A DNA stretch of 64,000 nt. Origin: the human T2T-CHM13v2.0 reference genome, Homo sapiens. Shown one piece after another: positions 46,831 to 60,600 of the stretch; positions within the stretch are counted from its first letter, which is position 1, and each line of letters starts with the position of its first letter. Location: the NCBI RefSeq assembly GCF_009914755.1, contig NC_060936.1; one strand, written 5' to 3'. The position numbers and the translations under genes were made by a program. The notes under the pieces were generated by a model that made no database searches, had not been told where the DNA came from, and was given only the letters and a program-made list of their open reading frames with translations.

Positions 46831-48057
46831 CACAGGGGACAGAAAAAGGGAAGAGATTTGTTATTAAAACCAACCATCCATCAGACATCTTCCAATACAA
46901 CACTTGTTAGAGGTTTCCTCAGTGTGAGTTATTCAGGACCAGAGCTAAAGACCATATTCCCAATAACATCACTGCTGGGAAGGTTTTCATGAAAACATTT
47001 AATGCTGCTTTTAAAACAACAACAACAACAAAAATGCTTTAGCTACCGCACAGACCCTGAAGCAATTTTTCGGCAAGAGTCTATCAAACACGAATCTGAT
47101 CTGACTCAAGGAGGTGTCATATCAAGTGTAAAAATCCAATTCCAATGTCCATAACAGCCTTTCTTCCAGGTACAAGACGCTAATCCAGTTGAAGTGATTT
47201 TCTATTGATTAATAGGCTGGGAATACACAGGTTGTTGGTTTTTGAGATTTCCCTCCCTGTGCCTTCATGCTAGCTGTGAAAGAGTCAAAAGGCTCCTAAC
47301 TGTCAAAATAAAAATGACACTTGGTCACAGAGGAAACAGATTATAGGTCAATCACATTGATGACTTTTTAACTATGAGAAGCCATTAATGTTACTGAATA
47401 AGCAAATCTGTTTGCATAACCAGATTTTTATAGGCTACTGGGAATAAAGGTTTTCCTAAGTAGGTAATTTGTACAACGATAGCCTTTGGGTCTCTGATGG
47501 AACAGCTCTGATGAGGAAATGTTCCTTTAATTATGTGGAAGGCCAATTACCACGTTATAGCCACATTGTTTTGTAGATTACATATAATTTCACCATTTCC
47601 ATAGCTTCAGCACTATAATTCTGGAGAAAATTCAGGCACCAAGGGGACATTGAGGCACACTATGCTGGAGACAAAGATGTTTTAGCGAATTCAATTTAAG
47701 CTTCAACATTAAAGTTATTTTGTTGAATAAAACAATGCAATAATGAGCTTGTGTCTGTCAACTCTATAGTGCAGGTAATAATAGCTAGAGAGAGCATGTC
47801 GCGTCTCCTCTTTTTAATGCTCATTCAAGTAATACATAATGCTATAGAGAGAAACTTTCTCTAATATGTGCTTCATCTCAGGCTAAGCCTGTTTTGGGCA
47901 ACTGTCCTTCATGAGAAAAAAAAAAAGTAAAGGATCTAATTTGGGAGCCATTCACAAAAGTGCTACCACTTGATGTTTTTTTATACTCTGAGATTTCTTA
48001 TTCCCAGTGCCAACCAGGAATGGACTTTCTGGAGAAGCTCAGATTAATCACTCCTTA

Positions 48058-49449
48058 TTAGAGGTGACAGCATGCTGGCAGCCCTTACAGCCCTCGCTCG
48101 CTCTCAGCGCCTCCTCTGCCTGGGCTCCCACTTTGGCGGCACTTGAGGAGCCCTTCAACCCGGGGTTGCACGGTGGGAGCCCCTTTCTGGGCTGGCCAAG
48201 GTCGGAGCTGGCTCCCTCAGCTTGCAGGGAGGTGTGGAGAGAGAGACGTGAGCCGGAACCGGGGCTACGCACACTGCTTGCCTGCCGGCTGGAGTTCCGG
48301 GTGGGCGTGAGTTTGGCAGCCCCGCACTAGGAGCTGCCGGCCAGCCTTGCCGGCCCGGGCAATGAGGGGCCTAGCACCTGGGCCAGCAGCTGCTGTGCTC
48401 GACTTCTCGCCGGGCCTTAGCTGCCTCCCCGCGGGGCACGGCTCGGGACCTGCAGCCCGCCATTCCTTAGCCTCTCCACTCCGTGGGCTCCTGTGCGGCC
48501 CGAGCCTCCCCGACGAGCACCGCCCCCTGCTCCACGGCACTCAGTCCCATCGACCACCCAAGGGATGAAGAGTGTGGGCGCACGGAGAGGGACTGGCAGG
48601 CAGCTCCACCTGCGGCTCCTGTGCGGGATCCACTGGGTGAAGCCAGCTGGGCTCCTGAGTCTGATGGGGACTTGGAGAACCTTTATGTCTAGCTAAGGGA
48701 TTGTAAATACACCAATCGGCACTCTGTATCTAGCTCAAGGTTTGTAAACACACCAATCAGCACCCTGTGTCTAGTTCAGGGTTTGTGAATGCCACAATCG
48801 ACACTCTGTACCTAGCCATTATGGTGGGGACTTGGAGAACCTTTGTGTGGACACTCTGTATCTAGCTAATCTAGTGGGGACGAGGGGAGCCTTTGTGTCT
48901 AGCTCAGGGATTGTAAATGCACCAATCAGCGCCCTGTCAAAACAGACCACTCAGGCTCTCTGTAAAATGGACCAATCAGCAGGATGTGCGTGGGGCCAGG
49001 TAAGAGAATAAAAGCAGGCTGCCTGAGCCAGCAGTGGCAACCCGCTGGAGTCCCCTTCCACACTGTGGAAGCTTTGTTCTTTTGCTCTTTGCAATAAATC
49101 TTGTTGCTGCTCACTCTTTGGGTCCACACTGCCTTTATGAGCGGTAACACCGAGAAGGTCTGCAGCTTCACTCCTGAAGCCAGTGAGACCATGAACCCAC
49201 CGGGAGAAATGAACAACTCCAGACGTGCAGCCTTAAGAGCTGTAACACTCTCCATGAAGGTCTGCAGCTTCACTCCTGAGCCAGTGAAACCACAAACCCC
49301 ACCAGAAGAAAGAAACTTCGAACACATCCCAACATCAAGAGGAACAAACTCCAGACATGCCACCTTTAAGAACTGTAGCACTCACCAGGAGGGTCTGCAG
49401 CTTCATTCTTGAAGTCAGTGAGACCAAGAACCCACCAATTCCGGACACA
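48058..49449 (+). mobile_element. Solo LTR12C-type (HERV-9) LTR
   Basis: Starts t(t)agaggtgacagcatgctggcag, has repeated ccaatc/ctgtatctag U3 units and ctgcagcttcactcctga U5 units, ends ccaattccggacaca; 4-bp TSD ctta at 48054-57 and 49450-53. Confidence 0.95.
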
Positions 49450-49854
49450 CTTATACACTTGGCACTGGGAGGTCTGTATGGAGCAAGTGAAGAAATCAGC
49501 AGAGTGAAGATAGAGGGATAACAACATGATGGGGGAAAGGCAAAGTTACTGCCATGTTGGTTTCAATTCTGCCACTCATGAGTGAGACCCATGACCTCCT
49601 CTCTCTAGGATTCTGTTGTTCTTATCTGTAGAGGGAGGAATAGAAGGGCCTTTTAAAGTATTAACATTTCCTGACCTATCTGTAAAGCACTTTCATTCAA
49701 ACTGATGGGAATCTTGACTACTTTGCCAAGAGGACATAATAATCATCAACCTGAATGCACCAAACAACATTGCCTGAAACTATCTAAGCAAAACTGAGAA
49801 AGTTACACAGGACAGACAAACCTCCTATGAGAGTAAGAACTCTTCAGCCCATGC

Positions 49855-50010
49855 TGACCAGATACATGGACAGGGACAGGGACAGCAAAGTGAGGACGGG
49901 CTGCAGTTCTGGATCCTCTGAGAGTCCCAGGAGGAGGAATTCTCAGACACCTGTGAGATTCCGTGGCTCTGTGTGTCTTGGACACCTTGAGAAGGAAAGA
50001 GGATTGCAAA
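49855..50010 (-). pseudogene. Truncated OR7E-subfamily olfactory receptor pseudogene (N-terminus to start of TM1)
   Basis: Minus strand reads CPRHTEPRNLTGV*EFLLLGLSEDPELQPVLTLLSLSLSMYLV, matching the OR7E N-terminus (TEPQNLTGVSEFLLLGLSEDPELQPVL); in-frame stop; similarity ends after YLV. Confidence 0.9.
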
Positions 50011-50618
50011 ATAAAAGATAAAAACCAGCCCTTAATGTTGGATGCAAGCAATTCACAAGGAACATCTTGACACTTGCGGACCATACACCGCCAGCAATGT
50101 TTCTCAGTTGTGACAATTCCAAAAATCTCAGAATTTTTACGTGATTTACTTTTTAGCTATACGAGGCTTTCTGTACATACTACTTTAGAGAAAATCCACT
50201 GAAGAATATTAGAAGACCAAAACGTCATATATAACAAATCCGTGATCTCAGTAAAATACGGCCTACTCTTTTCAGAAAAAAATACAATGCAATGAAAATG
50301 TCCTTCTCTCTTTCAGAAAAAGATCTCAGTCAAATTGAAAGAAATTAAGAAGCCGTGAAATACACTCTACTTTACTCTGACACCGTGCTGCAACTTCCAT
50401 TGATGTAGAACATGTAAAAGGACGACACGAGAGCTAGGACCCCATTATCTGAAAATGAAATCGAACCTTATAGTTCTCAATCGGAAGACCTTTTCACATG
50501 CCTGTTACTTTTCATATTTATTATCATCCTTCAGTTTTCTGACATCATTTCTTCATAAAAGTACATGCACACTCAAAAATGGGAGCTGTGTTTCCAAATG
50601 AATTGAATCTGTAACTCT

Positions 50619-50834
50619 TGGCCCAGCACCATGGCTCACACCTGTAATCCCAGCACTTTGGGCGGCCGAGGCTGATGGATCACCTGAGGTCAGGAGTGCC
50701 AGACCAGCCTGGCCAATGTGGTGAAACCCCGTCTCCAGTGAAAATAAAAAATTTAGCCAGGCGTGGTGGTGGGTAACCCTAGCTACTCGGGAGGCTGAAG
50801 CAGGAGAATCCCTTAGAACATGGAAGGCAGAGAT
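50619..50834 (+). mobile_element. AluS truncated by satellite
   Basis: Right arm ends at ggcagagattg, followed directly by gacaccctgtgata. Confidence 0.85.
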
Positions 50835-53520
50835 TGGACACCCTGTGATAGGATTTTTGATATCCTAGGGAGATATTGCTCCTGACAGTAGAGTGGGCGT
50901 ACACCCTGTGATATTATTTGTAATATCCTAGAAAGATATTGCTCCTAATATCACGGTGGCTCTACACCCTGTGATCTTAATTGTAAAATGCTACAGAGAT
51001 ATTCCTCCTAATAATACAGTGGGTGTACACCCTCTGATATTATTCATAATATATTACACAGATACAACTCCTGATATCACAGTGAATGTACACCATGTTT
51101 GTACACCCTGTGATCTTATTTGTAACAACTTTGAAAAATATTACAGCTAATATCAAAGTGGGTGTACACCCTGCGATGTTATTTGTTATCTACTAGGAAG
51201 ATATTACTCCTAATATCACAGTGGGTGTACACTCTGTGGTATTATTTGTACTATCCTAGAGAGATAATGCTCCCAGTATCACAGTGGGTGTATACCCTGT
51301 GATATTATTCATAATATCCTAGAGAGATATTACCTCTAATATCACAGTTTCTCTACACCCTGTTGTATTATTCATCATATCCTAGGGAGTTATTATCCCT
51401 AACATCACAGAGCGTGTACACCATGTGTGTCCACTCTGCGATGTTATTCGTATTATCCTTGGGAGATAGTTCTCATAACATCGCTGTGGGTGTACATCTT
51501 GTATGTACTCCCTGTGGTCTTATTGGTTATGTCCTGGGTTGATATTACACCTAATATCACAGTGGGTGCACACCATAGGTGTACATTCTGTGATGTTACT
51601 CGTAATATCCTAGGGAGATATCACTCCTGATGTCATAGTGGTTGTACAGCCCTGTGATATTCTTGGTAGTATCCTTGGGATGTATTACTCCTGTTATCAC
51701 AGTGGGTGTACACCCTGTGATAGTATTTGTAATATCCTAGGGAGATATCACTGTATACCCTGTGGCATTATTTGTGACATTTGAGGGAGCTATTTCTCCT
51801 AAAGTCAGAGTGAGTGTACACCCTGTAATGTTCTTCCTAATATCGCAGTGGGTGTACACCGTGAGTGATATTTTTTTCTAATATCCAGCGAGGGAGAGGA
51901 TGATATTGCTTCCAATATCATGGAAGGTGTACACCCCCTTGTGATATTGTTCCTAATATCCAGGGAAGGAGAGGATGACATTATTCGCAATATCACTGGG
52001 GGTGTACCACCTCCCGCCGGGATATTGTTCTTAATATACGTAGTGGAGAGAATGATGTTACTCCCAATATCCCAGGGGGTGTACACCACCCCTGTTTGTA
52101 AACACCCCCTGTGATATTGCTCCAAATGGCCTGTGAAATAGTCAATATGACTCCCATTATCGCAGGGGGTGTTCAGCCCTGATGATATTGTTTTCTAACA
52201 TCCAGGGAAGGAGAGTATGCTATTACTCCCAATATCGCAGGGGTTGTACACCTTTTTGTGTTATTGGGCCCAATATCCAGGAAAATAGAGGATGATAGAA
52301 CTCCCAATACCGAAATAATTGTACAGCACCCCTGGGATATTCTTCCTAATATCCAGTAAGGAAAAGAATGATATTACTCCCAACAGCGTAGGAAATATAT
52401 ACCCGCGCTGTGATATCTTCCCCATATCCAGGTGGGAGAGGATCATATTACTTCCAATGTCGCAGGGTGTGTACACCCCTCCTGTCCTATTGTTCTGAAT
52501 ACCCTGGGAGGGAGAGGATAAGGTGACATTGAATATCGCAGGGAATGTACACCCTCCCCCTCTGATACCCTTCCTAGTATCCAGGGGAAGAGAGGATAAT
52601 TGGACTCCCAATATCGCAGAGGCAGTACACCCCACCTGTGATATTGTTCCCTATATGCAAGGGGGGAGAGGATGATATTACTCCCAATATCACAGGGCTG
52701 TTCACATCCCCAGTGACATTTTTCCTAATATCTAGGGGAGAGATAATTACATGACAGCAAATGTCACAGGGTCTGTACATCCCTTCTTCATATTGTTCCT
52801 AATATCCAGGGGGGAAGAGGATGATATCGAATATGAAAGGGGGTGTACAACCCCCACCTCTAAGATATTGTTCTTAATATTCTTGAGGAGAGACGATGAT
52901 ATGACTCCCAATATCGCAGGGGTTGTTGACACCCCCGGTGATATTCTTTCTAATATCCAGTGGGGGAGAAAATAACATGACTTCCAATATTGCAGGTGGT
53001 GTATTCCCCACCTGAAATGTTGCACCGAATATCCAAAGAGGGAGAGGATGGTATTCATACCAATATGGAAGGGTGTGTACACGCCCCTTGTGATATGGTT
53101 TTTAATATCCAGGGGGCTGGAGGATGATATTAGTCCCAACGTCACAGAGGGTGTACACTACCCCTGTGATATTGTCCCTAAGTTCCAGAGGGGAGAGGAT
53201 GAGATCACTCCCAATATCTCAGAAGTTGTACATCCCCCGTGATACAGTTCGTCATATCCAGGGAGGCACAGGATGACATTCCATTGAATTTCGTGACAGG
53301 CGTACACACACAGTGTGATACTGTTCCTAATATCCAAGAAGGCAGAGGATGACATTACTCCCAACAAAGCAGTGGGTGTCCATTACCCCTGTGTTATTGT
53401 CTCTAATATCCGGGGCCAGGGGAGGGTGGTAGAGGACAACATTCCCTCAAATTTAGCAGGTGATTTGACACCCCTCGTGGTGTTGTTTTACATATCCTGT
53501 GGGGAAGACAATAATACTCT
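50835..53520. repeat. SATR1/SATR2-family satellite block A (~63-bp then ~75-bp monomers)
   Basis: Monomers with cctaatatc...gtgtacac...ctgtgatatt; measured spacings 50904->50967 (63) and 51929->52004 (75). Confidence 0.85.
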
Positions 53521-56500
53521 TTTTGATGGTCCGATTCATCCGCTCCACCTTTCCAGAACTCTGAGGCTGGGAGGTGGCATGTAGTTTCCGTGTGATCCCC
53601 AATACCTTTGCCGTCATCTGTAGCAAGTCAGCCACAAACGCAGGCCCGTTATCTGAGCCGATCCAGAAGGACAGTCCCAATCTAGGAATCAGATCTCGAA
53701 GAAGCACACGGGTTTCTTCACGAGCTTTCTCAGTTCGTGTTGGATAAGCCTCCACCCACCCAGAGTAGGTAGGCCCAAGAACTAGTAAATACTTCTTACC
53801 TCCACACTTTGGCATCTCTGTGTAGTGCACCTGGAGATCTTCCAAGGGGGCTGCTCCATAAGCTGGTATGTCCGGCGGAACGGCTGGACCTTGCCTCGCA
53901 TTAAGCTGTCGGCAGGTGGCACATCGCTGCCTCACCGTTTTGGCAAGGGCTGAGAAACGCGAGATGTAGAAATACCAGCCTAACAACTTTTTGCAGTGAC
54001 TCCTGACATAGATGGGTGCCAGTACAACTGCAGCTCCTCGCAGCTGTGGCACAGCTACACTCCCATCTGGTAAATGACTCCATCCTTCCTCCATCACTTG
54101 TCCTTCCCTCTACCTGGAGAAAGTCCTTTTCTTGTTTAGCATAAGCAGGTCCAAGATCAGGTGCTTGAGGGAGCAGAGGAGCTGTGACCGAGGCCTGGAA
54201 AGGGGCAGATGCTGCTTTGCGAGCCTCTGAGACAGCTCAGGAATTCCCCAAACCCAGCAAGGTGGAAGCTCGCTGGTGTCCTCTGCAATCCATAACTGCC
54301 ACCTTGTGGGGTTTCCATACTGCTTCTAATCATTGCAAGATTTCTTGTTGATATTTTCTGTCTTTTCCCCCAGAGTTCAATAGGCCCTTTTCTTTCTATC
54401 ACGCTCCATGCACTTGAAGGGTTAAAAAGGCATACCAAGAATCAGTGTAAATGTTGACAGTCTCACCCTCACTGAGTTCTAAGGCCCAAATGAAAGCAAT
54501 GAGTTCAGCTTTCTGGGCTGAAGTGGCCTGGGCCAACGATCTGGCTTCACTAACAGTGTCCAGGGTTACCACTGCATACCCTGCACCTCTCTCTCCTTGG
54601 GGGTTGAAGAAGCTGTTCCCATCCACGTATAGTTTCCAGTCTACTGATGCCCAAGGCTGGTCCCGGAGGTCAGGTCTGTAAGAGTCAATTGAGTCCAACA
54701 CTTCTACACAATCAGGCTCCACAGGGCTCTCTGATACCTGCAGCAAGGTGGCGGGGTGTAGGGTGTTACAAACTTCCATGGTTATATGGGGATTTTCACA
54801 GAGCAAAGTTTGGTACTTGGTGTGTCTGGCATTCGTTAGCCAATGTTGTCCTTTAGTGTTCATTAAAGTCACCACAGCACGGGAGGCCTTTATGTTCAGG
54901 TTTTGCCCAAGAGTCAGCTTATTTGCTTCTTGTACTAGGAGGGCACTTGCTGCCAAGGCCCTCAAACAGGGTGGCCATCCTTTAGAAACCCCATCTAGTT
55001 GTTTAGAGAGGTAGGCCACCGGCCTTGGCCAGGGCCCCACAGTTTGGGTTCAAAGCCCAGCTGCCATCTTTTCTCTCTCTGATACATGCAATGGAAAAGG
55101 CTTTGTCAGATCAGGTAGCCCCAGGGCTGGGACTGCTAGAAGTTTTTCCTTTAACTCTTGAAAGACTTGCCGTTATTGGGATCCGCATTCCAAAGTTTCC
55201 CGGTCCCTGCCCCCTTTGTAACCTCATACAAAGGCTTGGCTAATACTGCAAAGTTTGGGATCCACAGTCTACAAAACCCCACAGCTCCTAAGAATTCTCT
55301 CACCTGCCTTCTGCTCTTAGGCTCCGCTAGATTGCAAATGACCTGCTTTCTTTCTGATCCTGGGCTGCGTTCTGACCCTAGTCGGATAGCAAATCCCAAG
55401 TAACCTACCTGCTGTCGGCAGATCTGAGCTTTCTTCTTGGACACCATATACCCACAGTCCTCCAGGTGCCAGTGTAGGGCATCTGTTCCCTTGGCACACC
55501 CGACTGCCGTGGGGTATCCCAGCAGAAGGTCATCAACCTACAGGAGCAACACGCAGCCTAGGTCTCTGCTGGGAAACTTCTGGAGGTCTCGAGCCAATGT
55601 CTTCCTGAAGATGGTGGGGGAGTTCTTGAACCCTTGGGGAAGCCCGGTCCAAGTGTACTGAGTAGTGACACCTGACTCCGGATCTTCCCACTGAAAGGCA
55701 AACAGCTTCTGCCTCTCAGGGGCTAATCTGATAGGAAAGAAAGTGTCTTTTAGGTCCAAGCAGGTGAAGCAGCTGTCCTCAGCTGGCAGCAACCCCAACA
55801 ATGTGAACGGGTTAGGTACTGTTGGATGGAATGTCAGTGTAGCTTGATGAAGCAAGCGCAAATCCTGTACCGGACGGTAGTCCTTGGTCCGTGGCTTGGA
55901 AACAGGCAGGAGGGGAGTGTTCCATGGAGACTGACAAGGAACAATCATTCCAAAAGTTCTTAGGTGCTTGAGACGGACCTGGATACCTTGAAGAGCGTCT
56001 CTGGGCACCGGGTCCTGTTTTTGCCTCACCAGCTGGGCCCCAGTCTTAACTGGCCAATCCCGGAGGGTTGTCTTCTGCCGTACTCTTGGCCACCGCTTAG
56101 CCAGAGCTGGTCTTCTCTCTTGGCCCGGCTCCATTCAGAAAAGTCTCCATTCCTCCTCTCGGGGGACAATAAGGGTCATAATGACTCCCGTTCCGGGTAA
56201 CTTTAGCAGCAAAGAGCCGTGCTCTGTCAAAAAGAGAGTGGCTCTCAGTTTGCTGAGCAAGTCCCATCCCAAAAAGAGCAAGGGACAGTCAGGCATGTAC
56301 CAAAACTGATGAATGACTTGATGTCCTCCCACAGTACAAGTCCGAGGCAAGCAGAAAGCTTGCTTTGCTGAAATCCCCGTGGCTCCCATGACGTCAATAG
56401 TCTTTTTGGATAAGGGGGCGACCGGGGTGGTTGCTAGGGAATGTTCAGCACCGCTATCTACAAGAAAGTCAATGCCTCTATCCCCGACTGTCATTCTGAC

Positions 56501-56534
56501 CAGAGGCTCTTTGGGGACGCTTGAGCCCGGTCTC
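53521..56534 (-). mobile_element. HERV-E pro-pol, decayed, truncated within integrase
   Basis: Protease FLVDSGA; RT SPWNTPLLPV, DYRPVQDLR, DLKD.FF, LPQGFKNSPTIF and YVDD mutated to *VDD; RNase H YVDG.S, SAQKAELIA, NIYTDS.YAF; IN SDNGPAFV, SSGKVERMNRT. Confidence 0.93.
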
Positions 56535-56536
56535 CC

Positions 56537-57572
56537 TCAGTCCAAGAACCCTTCTGCCAGGTTGAGCAGGGCCCCTTCCTCCTTGTCCGGGGCCTCCTGC
56601 TCTGAGTCACCTTGTTTTCTTTTGAGCTGAGGGCATTTGTTCTTCCACTGTCTTATTTCTTTCCAATAAACACACTGGTTACGCTGCAAACTCTGACAGC
56701 CAAGCTGAGTTTCTTTCCCAGGGCCCCCCTTCCCTTGCCTTTTTGCAGGGACCCCTCTGATTGTTGCAGCTGACACGTCGGTGTTTTGCCGGGCCTGACC
56801 TCCATTCTCTTTGCGTTTTCCTTACGGCTTACTGCATCCCTGTTTACAAACACCTGGCTAGCTATTTCTAGTAATTGGGATGTATTCATCCATGCAAGCC
56901 AGCCTGTTTCTGCAGTTTTCTTCTCATGTCTTCTGTGCTTTGACGGACTAAAGCCATGTGAATCATGCGCTGATTTCAGGGCTATCGGGATCAAAGGGAG
57001 TATACATAGGATAGGCCTCACACAGTCTCTGGTAGAATTGTGCTGGACTTTCTTCTTTTCCCTGAATGACTTCAGAGAGCTTGTTAACGTTTGTGGCCTT
57101 CTGAGCTCCCCTCATTAATCCTTCCAAGAGAGCTTCCCTGTCTCGGTTTAGCCTTTGCATATCCTCTCTTTCATGTGGGTCCAACTGGGGGTCGGTTCCT
57201 GGCAACTGGGTCCTTCCATACTCTTGGGGGTTTTGATAATCAGCTGGTGCATGTTCCTCTAGCCACTTAGTTGCTGCTTGAAGGACTCTCCACCTTTCTT
57301 TGCTGTTAAAGAGGAACATGAGCAACTGGTGCCAATCAGCCCAGGTGTGGTTGTGGGTCTGGAGAACAGTTTGGAGCCAATCAATTAGGGCTTGTGGCTT
57401 TTCGGTATAGGGCGGTGTATTGTTTTTCCAGTTGAGAAGGTCGACGGAGGTGAAGGGCTGCTACCCAAAACACGCCTCTCCACCACGTGACCATCCTCCT
57501 CTATCCCAGTATACCGCTGCTCTCTCAGGGGCACTTGGATCCCCGTTTTGGGTCTTAAACGAGCTGCCGAGG
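56537..57572 (-). mobile_element. HERV-E gag (CA-NC part only), decayed
   Basis: QPFTSVDLLNWKN, MHR VIQGKEESPAQFYQRLCEAY, degenerate zinc knuckle NQCVYWKEIRQWKNKCP, TGA at the gag-pro boundary. Confidence 0.9.
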
Positions 57573-57604
57573 GAGGGGTGGAGTGGCGCGTTTTTACTTA
57601 CCAC

Positions 57605-60600
57605 AATTAATCATCTCCATTATTAATTGACACTAATAATTATCAATATTAATAACTGATAATATAATTTTTAAAATCAATACCAATAATAATGATAATT
57701 AATATTAAATAGTTATACTAACGATAACAATACATGATTAATATTAATGATTAATGTTGCCTGATATTAATAACTGATATTGATTTTATTCATTAGAAAA
57801 CAGTAATATTAGCTCCTAATAATTAATATTAATAACCTGAAAAGTTTTTATTAGCAATTATTTCTTAATATTAATATTAATATAAGTCATTCATATTCAT
57901 GTTACTAATAAATGAGGAATAATTCATACTAATATTACGCCTAATACCTCAGTGGATGTACACCCACCTGTGATATTGCTCCTAATATCCAGGGAGGGAG
58001 AGAGCATGATATTACGTTCAATATCGCGGTAGGTGTACATCCAGCCGGTGATATTGATCCCAATATCATCTCCAGGGCGTGGAGTATGACGTTACTCCCA
58101 ATATAGCACTGGGTGTGCATGCACCCGGCGATTTTGCTCCTAATATTCACGGAAGAAGAGAATGCTATTACTCCCAGTATCGCAGGAAGTGTACACCCCT
58201 TCCGTGACATCGTTCCTAATATCCAGAGGGGGAGAGGGTGATATTACTCGCAATATCGCAGGCTGTGTACACCCACCCTCTGATATTCTTCCTAGCAGCC
58301 AGGAAGGGAGAGGACGATATGACTCCCCATACAGCAGGAGGTGTACACCCATCCTGGGATATTCTTCCTAATATCCACGGAGAGGAGAGGCTGATATGAC
58401 TCCCAATATCGCAGGGGGTCTACATCCAGTCTGTGATATTGTTCTTAATATTCAAAGGTGGAGAGGTTGATATTACTCCCAATATCACAGAAAGTGTACA
58501 AACCCGTGTACTATTGTTGCTATTATCCAGAAGAAGAGAAGATGAGATCACGCCCCCATTGCAGGAGGTGTACACCCACTCTGTGATATTTTTTCCAATG
58601 TACAGGGCAGGGGAGGAGAATATTCTTTTCAATAGCACAGGGTGTGTACAGCCCCACTGTGATATGGTCCTTAATATTCCAAGGCGGAGAGGATGCTCTT
58701 ACTCCCAATACTGCAGAAAGTGTACACAACCCCAGTGATATGGTTCCCACGATCCAGGAGAGAAGAGGATGATGTTACTTTCAATATCGCACGGGGTGGA
58801 CACGCCTCCAGTGATATTGTTCCTAATTTCGACGTGGGAGAGGATGATACTACACGGAATGCCCCCAGCGGTAAAAACGCTCCTGTGATATTGTTCTTAA
58901 TATCAAGGGGAAAGAGGATGCTATTACTCCAAAGAGTGCAGAGGATGTGCACCGGTCTGTGACATAGTTGGTAATTTCCAGAGGCGGAGAAGCTATTACT
59001 GATGATAACGTGAACGAGCTATGTGACCACCGTGGATCGTCATATCCGGGGGGGGAGGGGGGGTGATATGACTCCCCGCAAAGCGGGGGCCTCACCCCCT
59101 TGCGATGGGGGTCCTAATAGCCAGGGGGGGATAGGGGCTGGCTGTTACTCCCCGTACAGTTGGGGGGGCCTCACCCCCCTGCGATGGGGCTCCTAAGAGC
59201 CAGGGGGAGAGAGGGGCTGGATCTTACTCCCGGTATCGCAGGAGGTGTGTACAACCACTGCGATATTGGGAGGCATATCATCAGCTCCCACCCAGGATAT
59301 TAGGAACAAGATGACCGAAGGGATGTACACCCACTGCGCTATTTTCAATAATGTCATCCTCTACCCCCTGGCTATTAGGAGTAACATCATAGAGGGGTGT
59401 ACACTTTCTGCGATATTGGGAGTAATGTCCTCTCCCCCACGGATATCGGGAACAGTTATATCAATTATTAATATTAATAAATATAATAATTAATAGTAAT
59501 CATCGGCATCCATAATTACAGTAGAGACAGTAAAACAGTACGGATGAAAAATATTAAGGGTTATTATTAATAATTAATAGCAATATCACTATTAATAATG
59601 AAATCATGACATTAGTAATTAATGTTACTTCAATCAATCATAAGTGATGTTGGTAAGAAAACAATAATTAATATTAAGATTAATAACTAATATTAAAAGT
59701 GACATTCATATTAATACTTTTAATCATGCATGATCATAACTTGAAAACAATCATTAATGATTAATAACATTATACTATTAATGAATAGTACCATCGCTAA
59801 TTATTAATAAGAGTGATGTTTAATAATTTATAATATTATTACTGCTAATACCTCAGGGGATGTACACCTACCTGTCATATTGTTCCTAATATCCAGGGAT
59901 GGAGAGCATGATACTAGTTTTCATATGGCAGTAGGTGTACCCTCACCCTGTGACACCGATCCTAATACCCAGCGGGTAGAGTATGACATGACTGCCAACA
60001 GAGCAATCAATGTACAGCCACCCGGTGATATTGCTCCTAATATTCACGGAAGAAGCATATGACACTACTCCCAATATTGCAGGGAGTGTATACCTCTTCT
60101 GTGTTATTGTTCCTAGTGTCCCGAGTGGGAGAGGATGATAATAATTCCAGCATCGCAGGCTGCGTTCACCCAGCCTGTGAAATTGTTATTAATAACCTGA
60201 AAGGGAGAGGATGATATTACTCTCTATAATAGATAGATACGACTCCCGATAATAGAGCAGGAGGTGGACACCCACCCTGTGATATTCTTCCTAATATTCA
60301 GAGGCCGAGAAGTTGATATTACTCCCAATATCGCAGGAAGTGTACACCCCCGTGTGAGATGGTCCTTAATAATATTCCAAGGCAGAGGGGGTAATATGAC
60401 TCCATATATGGCAGAAAGTGGACACCCCCCAGGGATATTGTTCCCATGATCCTGGAGGGAAGAGGATGATAGGACTTTCAATATCACAGAAGGTGGACAC
60501 GCCCCCACTAATATTCTTACCAATTGCAACGTGGGAGAGAAGGATATGACACGCGATATCCCAGGGAGTAGAAACTCCCCTGTGATACACTTCTTAATAC

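Noticed and set aside
53453-56776. Functional retroviral enzymes
   Set aside because: RT YVDD is *VDD, the first integrase Asp reads His, the zinc knuckle is broken, there are multiple frameshifts and IN is truncated.
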